From positions 1,632,001 through 1,696,000 of the forward strand of contig CBDAON010000004.1 in the NCBI GenBank assembly GCA_965198065.1: DNA of 64,000 nucleotides, read 5' to 3'. The notes under the pieces are model-generated. The model ran no database searches and was not told the origin of the DNA. It was given only the letters and a program-made list of their open reading frames with translations. A program made the translations under genes and the position numbers. Numbering within the stretch: position 1 is the stretch's first letter; each line of letters begins with the position of its first letter. Positions 39,581 through 47,711 of this stretch are shown in pieces. The stretch is from Longimicrobiales bacterium. Lineage in GTDB: Bacteria > Gemmatimonadota > Gemmatimonadetes > Longimicrobiales > Gaopeijiaceae.

Positions 39581-39609
39581 TTGCTCCCCCCCCGGGCCAG
39601 GGGTACACT
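39581..39609 (+). promoter_or_regulatory. Sigma70-type promoter, probably giving a leaderless mRNA
   Basis: TTGCTC, 17 nt spacer, TACACT, then 6 nt to the ATG at 39616. No SD sequence. Confidence 0.6.
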
Positions 39610-39615
39610 CCGGCG

Positions 39616-40917
39616 ATGCCCCGCCCCTCCCGCTATCGCACGGTTCGCGATCCGCTCTGGGACACGATCCGACTCGATCCCGTGGCGGCGGGAATCGTGG
39701 ACACCGCCGCCTTCCAGCGGCTCCGATACATCCGTCAGCTCGGCTTCGCGCACCTCGTCTATCCGGGCGCCACGCACACGCGGTTCGATCACGCGCTAGG
39801 CGTCTATCATCTCGCGGGAAAGGCTCTCCAGCTGCTGGAGGAACAGGACGATGCGGCCCCGGGATCCCGGGAGGGGGCGGAGCTGATCCCGTACGCGGCG
39901 CTCCTCCACGACATCGGCCACTACGCGTTCTCGCACGCCCTCGAGGAGCTCGAGGAGGACCGCTTCCCCGGAGATCACGAGGCCGTCGCCTCTCGCTTCT
40001 TCGAGTCCGACGAGCTCGGCGGGATCCTCCAGTCGCTCGGAGACCGGGCGCCGGATAGGATCTATGCCCTCATCCGCGGCCAGAGCGCGGAACCGCTCGG
40101 GGGGCTCGTCAGCGGAAGCCTGGACCTCGACAAGATGGAGTACCTGCGCCGCGACGCCCGCTTCTGCGGCGTGCCGTACGGGGAGGTGGACGTCGATCGC
40201 CTCCTCCAGGGGCTCGTGCTTCTCGGGGACCCCGAGACCGGGAGGGCCGAGGTGGGGGTCCGGGAGAAGGCGGTGAGCGCCCTGGAGTCTCTTCTCTTCG
40301 CGAAGTACCAGATGTTCAGAAACGTGTACTGGCATCACGCGGTGCGCTCGGCGACCGCTCTCTACCGCAGGATCGTGGACGAGTCGGTCCGGGTGGGCCT
40401 CCTCCACTCCGATGAGCTGGTGGGCCCGACCGACGAGGAGCTCCTCTATCGAATCCAGGAAAAGGCCCGGTCGTCGGCCGACCCTCACGCGAGGCGGATC
40501 GGCGAGCGCTGGGTTTCGAACTTGAAGAACCGACGTCTTCCCAAGAGGGCGTGCGAGGTCACCGCCGCTGAGCTGGAGGAGGCCATCCTTCCGCCCTGGG
40601 TCCCGCGCGACTCACCCGCCCGGCGTGCCGCGGAAGACGCCATGGCCGATGAGCTCGGGCTCGAGCCCGGAGAGGTCATGATCGACTATCCGACGAAGGA
40701 GAGGATGCTCGATCTGAACCTCCTCGTGCTCCGTCGGAGCGGCGCGGTGGAGCGCCTGCAGGAGGGGGGCCTTCGTGGTCTGATCGACCTTCCGACCCTC
40801 GCCGACGAACTCTATCGGACGTCCCGTGTTCTCCGGATCTTCACTCTGGAAAGACGGGAGCTGGATCCCGACGACGCGATCGCGTTCCTCCGGGACCGGG
40901 ATCTCCGGGATCTATAG
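39616..40917 (+). CDS. HD-domain phosphohydrolase (SAMHD1/dNTPase-like)
   Basis: FQRLRYIRQLG, ATHTRFDHALG, LLHDIGH, LDLDKMEYL, VYWH. Confidence 0.92.
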   Translation: MPRPSRYRTVRDPLWDTIRLDPVAAGIVDTAAFQRLRYIRQLGFAHLVYPGATHTRFDHALGVYHLAGKALQLLEEQDDAAPGSREGAELIPYAALLHDIGHYAFSHALEELEEDRFPGDHEAVASRFFESDELGGILQSLGDRAPDRIYALIRGQSAEPLGGLVSGSLDLDKMEYLRRDARFCGVPYGEVDVDRLLQGLVLLGDPETGRAEVGVREKAVSALESLLFAKYQMFRNVYWHHAVRSATALYRRIVDESVRVGLLHSDELVGPTDEELLYRIQEKARSSADPHARRIGERWVSNLKNRRLPKRACEVTAAELEEAILPPWVPRDSPARRAAEDAMADELGLEPGEVMIDYPTKERMLDLNLLVLRRSGAVERLQEGGLRGLIDLPTLADELYRTSRVLRIFTLERRELDPDDAIAFLRDRDLRDL

Positions 40918-40960
40918 GGTGGGTGCGAGTGCCCCGTCAGGGTGGGTGCGGTGCCCCGTC
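40916..40960 (+). repeat. Tandem direct repeat of 23/22 bp
   Basis: AGGGTGGGTGCGAGTGCCCCGTC followed immediately by AGGGTGGGTGCG-GTGCCCCGTC. Confidence 0.85.
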
Positions 40961-41139
40961 CGGCGCGCCATTGCCAGAATGCGCCCGAGCTCCGGCCGGA
41001 ACCCTAGAACGGGCGGGGTTTACGAGCTTCCAGGCGAGCGAGAGGGCCCCAGCCGCCCCACATCTTGGGCGCGGGGGGGCCGGCACCGGGCACCGGGGGC
41101 GGCCATGGAGCACAGCCGCACACCGTTGCGACGCGCCCG

Positions 41140-41168
41140 TAGACATTCTGATCCGTCTTTCGTACCTT
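41140..41168 (+). promoter_or_regulatory. Sigma70-type promoter for the second sigma factor gene
   Basis: TAGACA, 17 nt spacer, TACCTT. Confidence 0.55.
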
Positions 41169-41296
41169 GTATGGCTATGGACCTTCCGGGGCCTCGGGAG
41201 GGTAGATCCCCGGTATCAGGCCTCCTGGATGTCGGAGGACCGAGCGAGAAGCCGCCCAGTCCACGAGACTCGTGGATTCGAAGGAGATAGATCGGA

Positions 41297-42208
41297 ATGG
41301 CTACGACCGCGACCAAGGGCCGGGGAGCGCGCAAGAAGCGGAGATCCAGAGGCTCGCTGAGCGCATTCGATACGGCGCTCGACGAGCAGACTGCTCTCGA
41401 TCAGTACCTGCGCGACGTCAGCCGTCACGAGCTTATCACTCCCGCTCGGGAAAAAGAGTTGGGGGCGCTCGCGCAGAATGGGGACGAGGAGGCGGTCCAG
41501 GAGCTGGCTCGTGCGAACCTCCGGTTTGTGATCAGCGTCGCCAAGAAGTACCAAAACCGCGGCGTGTCGCTCACCGACCTCATTCAGGAGGGGAACGTCG
41601 GGCTCGTTACCGCGGCTCGGAAGTTCGATCCCGAGCAGGGGGTGAAGTTCATCTCGTACGCGGTGTGGTGGATCCGACAGGCGATCCTCGCCGCGCTGGC
41701 CAACCACGGCCGCTCCGTGCGGGTGCCCCTCAATCGGGCCTCCGACCTGGCTCGGATCTTTCGGGAGAAGGAGCGGCTCAAGCAGGAGCTGGGTCGCGAT
41801 CCCAACCCGGAGGAGCTGAGCGCGGCCACGGAGCTGACGTCGGAGCTGATCGAGTCGCTCCAGACCCTGAACGCCGCGGAGATTCGGCTGGACGCTCCCA
41901 TCGGCGACAGCGAGGACTCGCAGCTCGTGGAGCGCTTCATCAACGAGGAGGCTGCGGAGCCCGAGCAGGAAGTCGAGACCCGCCTGCTCTCCGAGGCCGT
42001 GTCGGGAGCCCTGTGTTGCCTCGAGGCCCGGGATGGGAGGGTGCTCAGGCTCTACTTCGGCCTGGACGGGGAGCGCGAGCACACACTCGAGGAGATCGGC
42101 AACATGCTGGGGGTGACGCGCGAGCGGATCCGCCAGCTCCGGGACCGAGCTCTGCGCCGGCTCAGGGAAGGGGAAAAGGGCTCTGCCCTGGAGTCCTTCG
42201 CAGCCTGA
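41297..42208 (+). CDS. RNA polymerase sigma70 factor, short RpoD/SigA-like, with a basic N-terminal tail
   Basis: DQYLRDV, ANLRFVISVAKKYQNRG, DLIQEGN, KFISYAVWWIRQ, TLEEIG…TRERIRQ; AAGGAG RBS. Confidence 0.95.
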   Translation: MATTATKGRGARKKRRSRGSLSAFDTALDEQTALDQYLRDVSRHELITPAREKELGALAQNGDEEAVQELARANLRFVISVAKKYQNRGVSLTDLIQEGNVGLVTAARKFDPEQGVKFISYAVWWIRQAILAALANHGRSVRVPLNRASDLARIFREKERLKQELGRDPNPEELSAATELTSELIESLQTLNAAEIRLDAPIGDSEDSQLVERFINEEAAEPEQEVETRLLSEAVSGALCCLEARDGRVLRLYFGLDGEREHTLEEIGNMLGVTRERIRQLRDRALRRLREGEKGSALESFAA

Positions 42209-42236
42209 TCTCCGGGCCTCCGGAGAGGGCTTCGCC

Positions 42237-43151
42237 GGGACGGTCCTGGAGACCGCTGGCGGCATCTATCGCGTTCGGGCGGAGAATGGCGGGGATGTCG
42301 AAGCGGTCCTGAGGGGCCGGCTCAAGCGAGAAGCCCGCACCGGCAGCCGGGTGGTTACCGGCGATCGGGTGCTGGTTTTTCCTTCCGGTGAGCGCGGCGA
42401 TCACACGATCGAGGACGTCTTCCCGCGCCAGAACGAGCTCGTCCGCGCCGGGCCGGGCGGCAGGCGGCCCAAGGTGGTCGTGGCGAACGTGGACCGCTCG
42501 GTCGTGGTGACGGCAGCCCTGGAGCCCCCCTTCCGGCGCGAGATCGCCGACCGCTTTCTGGCGCTCGCTGAGAGCTGCGGCATCCCCCCTCTGCTGGTTC
42601 TGAACAAGGTGGACCTTCCAGGAGCCCGTGACCTGATCCGGGCGGAAGCCGCGGTCTATCGGGGCATCGGGTACACCGTGCTCACTACTTCCGCCGTCAC
42701 CGGAGAGGGCACGGACGAGCTCGCCCGGTTCCTCGCGACGGGCGTGTCCACCATGGTCGGACCCTCCGGGGTGGGTAAGTCGTCGCTTCTGAACGTGCTC
42801 GCTCCGGGATACGACCTTCGCACGCAGCCGGTGAGCCGGCGGGGCGGCCGCGGGCGACAGACGACAGTGGGTGCGCGGCTCGTTCAGCTCGCGTCTGGAG
42901 GCTGGGTGGCGGACACGCCAGGGTTCTCCGACGTTGCGCTCTGGGGGATCGACCGTCGGCGCCTCTCGGGCTCCTTCCCGGAGTTCTTGGAGCCCGCGCA
43001 GTCGTGCCGGTTCTCGGGCTGTAGCCACCTGCACGAGCCGGCCTGCGGCGTCCGCGCCGCGCTGGAGGAGGGGCGGATCCCCGGGAGTCGCTACGAGAGC
43101 TACCGGACGTTGTGGGAGGAGATCGAGAGAAGGGCGCCCCCGCACGACTAG
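42237..43151 (+). CDS. rsgA: Ribosome small subunit-dependent GTPase A (start unclear)
   Basis: OB fold GTVLETAGGIYRV…LRGRLK; NKVD; GPSGVGKSS; DTPG; zinc finger CRFSGCSHLHEPAC. Confidence 0.93.
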   Translation, partial: GTVLETAGGIYRVRAENGGDVEAVLRGRLKREARTGSRVVTGDRVLVFPSGERGDHTIEDVFPRQNELVRAGPGGRRPKVVVANVDRSVVVTAALEPPFRREIADRFLALAESCGIPPLLVLNKVDLPGARDLIRAEAAVYRGIGYTVLTTSAVTGEGTDELARFLATGVSTMVGPSGVGKSSLLNVLAPGYDLRTQPVSRRGGRGRQTTVGARLVQLASGGWVADTPGFSDVALWGIDRRRLSGSFPEFLEPAQSCRFSGCSHLHEPACGVRAALEEGRIPGSRYESYRTLWEEIERRAPPHD

Positions 43152-43221
43152 GGGAGCGCGTGGACGTCGGCTAAGCGGGCGGTGCGCGTGCGGTCGCCCC
43201 GCGAGGGCCAGGCGCGACGGG

Positions 43222-44010
43222 TCACCCCACGGGTGAGTCGAGGAGGGACACCCGAGGGCGGCCGGTCGGCGGATCCGGTCCGACCGTGAGCTTCCATCGG
43301 TAGACGCGCTCCAGGAGCTCCCTGGTGAAGACGTCGAGCACGGCCCCTTCCGCGGCAACGCCTCCTCCGTCGAGGATCAGGAGCCGGTCCGCGAACCTCG
43401 CGGCGACGTTCAAGCGATGGGTGATCAGCACGACGGTGGTACCCCCGTCCGCCCGGTGCCGTAGGAGTCGGAGGATCTCCATCTCGTGCCGGATATCGAG
43501 GTTGGCCGTGGGCTCGTCCAGGACCAGCGCCCGCGGCGCCTGGGCGAGGGCTCGCGCGATCCGGACCCGCTGCGCCTCTCCGCCCGAGAGCGCTCCCACG
43601 TCCCGCTCCTCCAACGACTCGACGTCGCACTCGCGGAGCGCCTCCACGACCGAGCGGCGGTCCTCGGCCGTTTCCCTGCGGAGCGGTCCGAGGTGCGGAT
43701 AGCGGCCCATGCCGACCATCTCTCGAACCGTGATGGGGAACGGGGTCGACTCGGTCTGAGGCACGGCCCCGACGGCGCGCGCCAGCTCGGAGCGCGGCCA
43801 GTCGGGGAGCGCTCTCCCGTCTACGGAAGTGACGCCCGCCTCCAGGGGAACCGTTCCGAGGAGGGCACGCATGAGCGTGGACTTTCCGGACCCGTTCGGT
43901 CCCAGCACTGCGTAGAGGCAGCCCGTGGGCACCCGAAGGGACACTCCGTTCAGGGCTGGAGCGTCTCCCCGGCGGTAGCGCACGACCACGTCCCGGGCCT
44001 CGAACGTCAT
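43222..44010 (-). CDS. Iron/cobalamin ABC transporter ATPase (BtuD/FecE-like)
   Basis: GPNGSGKST, MGRYPH, LSGGEAQR, LDEPT. Confidence 0.9.
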   Translation of the reverse strand: MTFEARDVVVRYRRGDAPALNGVSLRVPTGCLYAVLGPNGSGKSTLMRALLGTVPLEAGVTSVDGRALPDWPRSELARAVGAVPQTESTPFPITVREMVGMGRYPHLGPLRRETAEDRRSVVEALRECDVESLEERDVGALSGGEAQRVRIARALAQAPRALVLDEPTANLDIRHEMEILRLLRHRADGGTTVVLITHRLNVAARFADRLLILDGGGVAAEGAVLDVFTRELLERVYRWKLTVGPDPPTGRPRVSLLDSPVG

Positions 44011-45014
44011 GGCCGGAGGTTCCGGCGGAGCAGGACGAGGAACATCGGGACGCCGATGAAGGCGGTCACCACTCCGATCGGAATCTCGGTCGGGGCCAGC
44101 GCGGTGCGAGCGACTACGTCCGCGAGCGTGAGGAACCCCGCCCCCGCCAGAAAGGCGAGCGGGAGGAGGGTCCGATTGTCGGCGCCCACGGCCAGCCGCA
44201 CAGCGTGGGGGACGATGAGGCCGACGAAGCCGATGACTCCCGCGAAGGCGACGCCCGCCGCGGCGATGAACGACGCCGTCCCGTAGGCGACTCGCTTCGC
44301 CCTCTCCACGTTCGTTCCCAGGTAGGCGGCGGTCTCCTCGCCGATGGACATCAGGTTCAGCGGGCGGGAGAGCGCGAAGAGGGTCAGCGCGAGGGGGAGC
44401 GTGTATGCGGCGACGACCCCGACGCTTCTCCACGACGCGCCCGAGAGGCTGCCCATCATCCAGAGTAGGGCGGACCGGGTGGTCGGGGCGTCGGAGAGGG
44501 CCAGGATGAGGGCGACGGCAGCCGTGAAGAACGATCCGACCACGACGCCGGACAGGAGCAGAACCCGTACGTCCATTCGACGGCTCGCCGAGAGCGCGAC
44601 GCCGAAGACCAGGAGGATGGACGTGGCGGCGCCCGAGAACGCGACGAGGGGGAGCACCCAGGAGGTCTCCGCGACCCACCCGAGCGCCAGGGCGAGGAGC
44701 GCTCCCGCCGCGGCGCCCCCGGAGATCCCGAGGATGTAGGGCTCCGCGAGCGGGTTACGGAGAAGTGCCTGGAACACGGCCCCCGAGACCGCGAGTCCGC
44801 CCCCCACGAGGAGCCCCATGGCCGCTCGGGGCAGCCGAAGGTCCAGCACGATGAATCGCTCGGTCTCGGACCCGCCGCCTCCCAGGACCCGGAGGATCTG
44901 GGCGGCGGACAGCTCGACCGCGCCGAGACGCACGCCGAGAAAGAGAGCGCCCAGGGTGACGCCGGTGAGGACTATGAAGGGAAGGAGTCCGCGCGCCCCC
45001 GCGCGACCGGTCAC
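44007..45014 (-). CDS. FecCD/BtuC-family permease
   Basis: LRLPR, RNPLAEPYILGISGGA, IGFVGLIVPH, EIPIGVVTA. Confidence 0.92.
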   Translation of the reverse strand: MTGRAGARGLLPFIVLTGVTLGALFLGVRLGAVELSAAQILRVLGGGGSETERFIVLDLRLPRAAMGLLVGGGLAVSGAVFQALLRNPLAEPYILGISGGAAAGALLALALGWVAETSWVLPLVAFSGAATSILLVFGVALSASRRMDVRVLLLSGVVVGSFFTAAVALILALSDAPTTRSALLWMMGSLSGASWRSVGVVAAYTLPLALTLFALSRPLNLMSIGEETAAYLGTNVERAKRVAYGTASFIAAAGVAFAGVIGFVGLIVPHAVRLAVGADNRTLLPLAFLAGAGFLTLADVVARTALAPTEIPIGVVTAFIGVPMFLVLLRRNLRP

Positions 45015-45964
45015 AGGGACCCGTCCGGGTGGAGGGCTCTCGCCATCTGGCGCGCCGAATCCGCAAGCCCGAGGCCCGGCACTTCGACCTCGGGCGGGAG
45101 GCGGACGAGCGGCAGGCCCGAAAGGGCTCCGGGGATCGAAGCCCCTTCCCTCGCGAGCAGGTAGCGCGGAGCGCGACGGATCACCTCTTCCAGGTTCACG
45201 GGTGCGTAAAGGGTGCCGAGATCGGCGAACACGTTGTCGCCTCCGGCGACCTCGATGAGCTCGTGGAGGAAGGTGCCGCCCCCGGCGACGAGGGGTGGGT
45301 CACCACCGAGGAGGTACGCGACCCGGGGCCGCTCGAGTCCCGCTACGCTCCGCTCCACCTCCGCGACGCGGGTCGCCAAATCTTGCGCGATCGAGTCGGC
45401 GGCGTCGGGCCGTCCTACGGCCCGGCCGAGGAGCCGGATGATCCGCTCCACGTCCCGGGTGCCGTCCGGACGAATCGCGAGGTGCGGGATGCCTGCCTCG
45501 TCGAGCTGCCTGGGCGTGGCGAGGTCCGAGTCCGCCCGAAATCGGACGACGAGGTCCGGCCGGAGGGCCACGATTCGCTCCATCGAGGGCTGGAGTCCGC
45601 CCCCGACGGACGGGAGCCCCTGCACGCGCGGGTCTTGGTCGAAGTCAGTCCGCCCCACCAGACGATCCACCTGTCCCAGCTCGAGGAGGATGTCGGTCGC
45701 GGACGGGACGAGGGAGAGGAGGCGGCTCGGGGCACGCTCGAGGCTGACTACGCGCCCAGCGTCGTCCTCCACGAGCGCCGGTAAGCCGGGGCGCGCGACG
45801 AAGGAGCCCGTGGCAGGCCTAGGGTTGGGCCCCGGCTCGGCGTCGGCCGCCCCCTCCGCCGCGCGCTCCGGGTTGTCAGGGGGAGACGGAGCGCACGCCC
45901 ACGGCACCCAGCCGAGCATCCAGGCGAGCAGAACGGACCGGATCGGGCCGATCGCCCGGCGCAT
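45011..45964 (-). CDS. Helical-backbone metal/cobalamin-binding protein (BtuF-like)
   Basis: DDAGRVV…PSRLLSLVPSATD, ERIVALRPDLV, AGGDNVF; probable lipobox WAC. Confidence 0.85.
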   Translation of the reverse strand: MRRAIGPIRSVLLAWMLGWVPWACAPSPPDNPERAAEGAADAEPGPNPRPATGSFVARPGLPALVEDDAGRVVSLERAPSRLLSLVPSATDILLELGQVDRLVGRTDFDQDPRVQGLPSVGGGLQPSMERIVALRPDLVVRFRADSDLATPRQLDEAGIPHLAIRPDGTRDVERIIRLLGRAVGRPDAADSIAQDLATRVAEVERSVAGLERPRVAYLLGGDPPLVAGGGTFLHELIEVAGGDNVFADLGTLYAPVNLEEVIRRAPRYLLAREGASIPGALSGLPLVRLPPEVEVPGLGLADSARQMARALHPDGSL

Positions 45965-45977
45965 GGACAACGATCCT

Positions 45978-47039
45978 TCAGGGGAACGTGCGAAAACCGG
46001 CGGTCGCCGCGGGAATCCCGCAGTCGTCCTCGTAGAGCACGCCCCAGCGGCCCTCCCGCGGCCCGACGATCGCCAGCCAGCGGGCGGACTCGCCGAACAC
46101 CTCGACCACGATGTCGGGCGCTCCGATCCCGTGGGCATCGTGAACGGCGAGGAACCTTGGGAACGCCTTGCCGTCCCCGTCGTAGCGCTGGTGCCATCCG
46201 AAGACCGGCTCGTACTGGGGTTCCGCGGCCTCCGCCAGAATGAAGAGGCTGTACGCGAGGGACCGCCGGGTCGGTCCCACTACGAGGCTGTCACCGTAGA
46301 CGTACGACACGGCCAGCCCCGTGGCCCGACCACGCCGGAGGACCACTTCCTGGAGATCCCGACGAGTGTCGGGGATGGCGGGGGGCCAGAGGACGCCCAT
46401 GTCCGGGATCAGGCGCTGGGCGAGGTTCAGGGCGGCATCCCGGAGCCCCGCGTCCTCGCCGAGGCCGGACACCAGCGCGTCCGCGGGAGGGGGCAAGAAC
46501 GCTCCGCCCCCGGACCCCTCGGCGGCGGGCGCGGCCTCTCCCAGCGCGAGGAACCACCGGTTCGCCATCACCTCGGGACGCACCTCCACCCGTCCCGATG
46601 CGCTGGGGCGCGTGCGGCAGGTCGAGGCATCTGGGTCGAGCCCTCCATCGGAAACGAACGTCCCGGTGCGGACGCCCTGGGCGAAGAGGGTGAACTCCGC
46701 CCCCGGGTCCCACCGTCCCAGCGGGAAGCGCTCGAGGAGCCCGGGCACCTCGATGGAATCGGGGAGGGCGCGGTATCCGCCGTCGGCGAGCTCGGCCACC
46801 GGGACGATGTTTGCCTCCGACCCGTCCAGGCGTTCGACCAGATAGAGGACGGGGCCTAGCTCGAGAGGAACCAGGGCCGCTTCGGCCGCGAGCGGTTGCC
46901 GCTGTACGGTCTGGCTCCCCGCCGGGAGGGACGGAGGGATCAGCTCCACTTGGACCCCGCCGAAAGCCACGTTGTCGCACCCCGCGGCCGCGGTTATCAT
47001 CACGAGCCCGACGAGAGAGCGGAATCCCTTCTCGCGCAT
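45978..47039 (-). CDS. Hypothetical lipoprotein
   Basis: Signal peptide MREKGFRSLVGLVMITAAAG-C; first gene of the transporter operon. Confidence 0.75.
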   Translation of the reverse strand: MREKGFRSLVGLVMITAAAGCDNVAFGGVQVELIPPSLPAGSQTVQRQPLAAEAALVPLELGPVLYLVERLDGSEANIVPVAELADGGYRALPDSIEVPGLLERFPLGRWDPGAEFTLFAQGVRTGTFVSDGGLDPDASTCRTRPSASGRVEVRPEVMANRWFLALGEAAPAAEGSGGGAFLPPPADALVSGLGEDAGLRDAALNLAQRLIPDMGVLWPPAIPDTRRDLQEVVLRRGRATGLAVSYVYGDSLVVGPTRRSLAYSLFILAEAAEPQYEPVFGWHQRYDGDGKAFPRFLAVHDAHGIGAPDIVVEVFGESARWLAIVGPREGRWGVLYEDDCGIPAATAGFRTFP

Positions 47040-47115
47040 TGCGTTCAGGGGGGTTGGGGCAGGGCACCCAGCCTCACGTTCGGGCCCATTCGTGCCCGAG
47101 GCGGCCCAAAGATCC

Positions 47116-47144
47116 AAGCTATCCGGGGGCCGGCGAGAGCGCAA
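47116..47144 (-). promoter_or_regulatory. Sigma70-type promoter of the lipoprotein-btuFCD-like operon
   Basis: Minus strand TTGCGC, 17 nt spacer, TAGCTT. Confidence 0.5.
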
Positions 47145-47216
47145 AGAAGAACCGGAGCGCCACGGAGGTCGGGCTCCGCGTCTCCAAGGGGCCCGCGGTG
47201 CTGGGCCGGGAGGCTG

Positions 47217-47705
47217 ATGAGCGAAGACAAGGACCGATTCCGCAGCGTGATGTCCCACTTCGCGACCGGCGTGACGATCGTGACGGGGGTGGAGCCGGAG
47301 GGCGGACCGGTCGGGCTCACGGCCAACGCGGTGGCGTCCGTCTCCCTCGAGCCCCCCCTTCTTCTAGTGTGTATGGAGCGACGCTCGTCTTCTCTCGACG
47401 TAGTGCTTCGCACCGGCCGGTTCGGACTCTCTATCCTTCGTCGAGGGGACGAGGAGCTCGCGCGGCGCTTCTCGGAAGACCGCCCCGCCGAGCGCTTCCG
47501 GGGCCTCACGCTCACGACGGCGGCGTCCGGCATGCCCGTGCTCGCCGAGTGTCTCGCGTGGGTGGACTGCAAGATGTGGCGGGGGTTCGAGGCCGGGGAC
47601 CATCGCATCGTCGTGGGGGAGGTGCTGGAGTGCCACGTCTCCAGCGGGGATCCGCTCGTTTTCTTTAAGGGAGAGTACGGCACGGTCGCGCTCTCGCGGG
47701 AGTGA
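47217..47705 (+). CDS. Flavin reductase family protein (HpaC/RutF-like)
   Basis: FRSVMSHFATGVTIVT, SVSLEPP, AGDHRIVVGEV, PLVFFKG. Confidence 0.92.
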   Translation: MSEDKDRFRSVMSHFATGVTIVTGVEPEGGPVGLTANAVASVSLEPPLLLVCMERRSSSLDVVLRTGRFGLSILRRGDEELARRFSEDRPAERFRGLTLTTAASGMPVLAECLAWVDCKMWRGFEAGDHRIVVGEVLECHVSSGDPLVFFKGEYGTVALSRE

Positions 47706-47711
47706 GCCGAT

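Noticed and set aside
31782..47705. Bioluminescence system (luxC/luxE plus flavin reductase)
   Set aside because: There is no luciferase or luxD, and the flavin reductase is about 13 kb away and of the HpaC type rather than LuxG.
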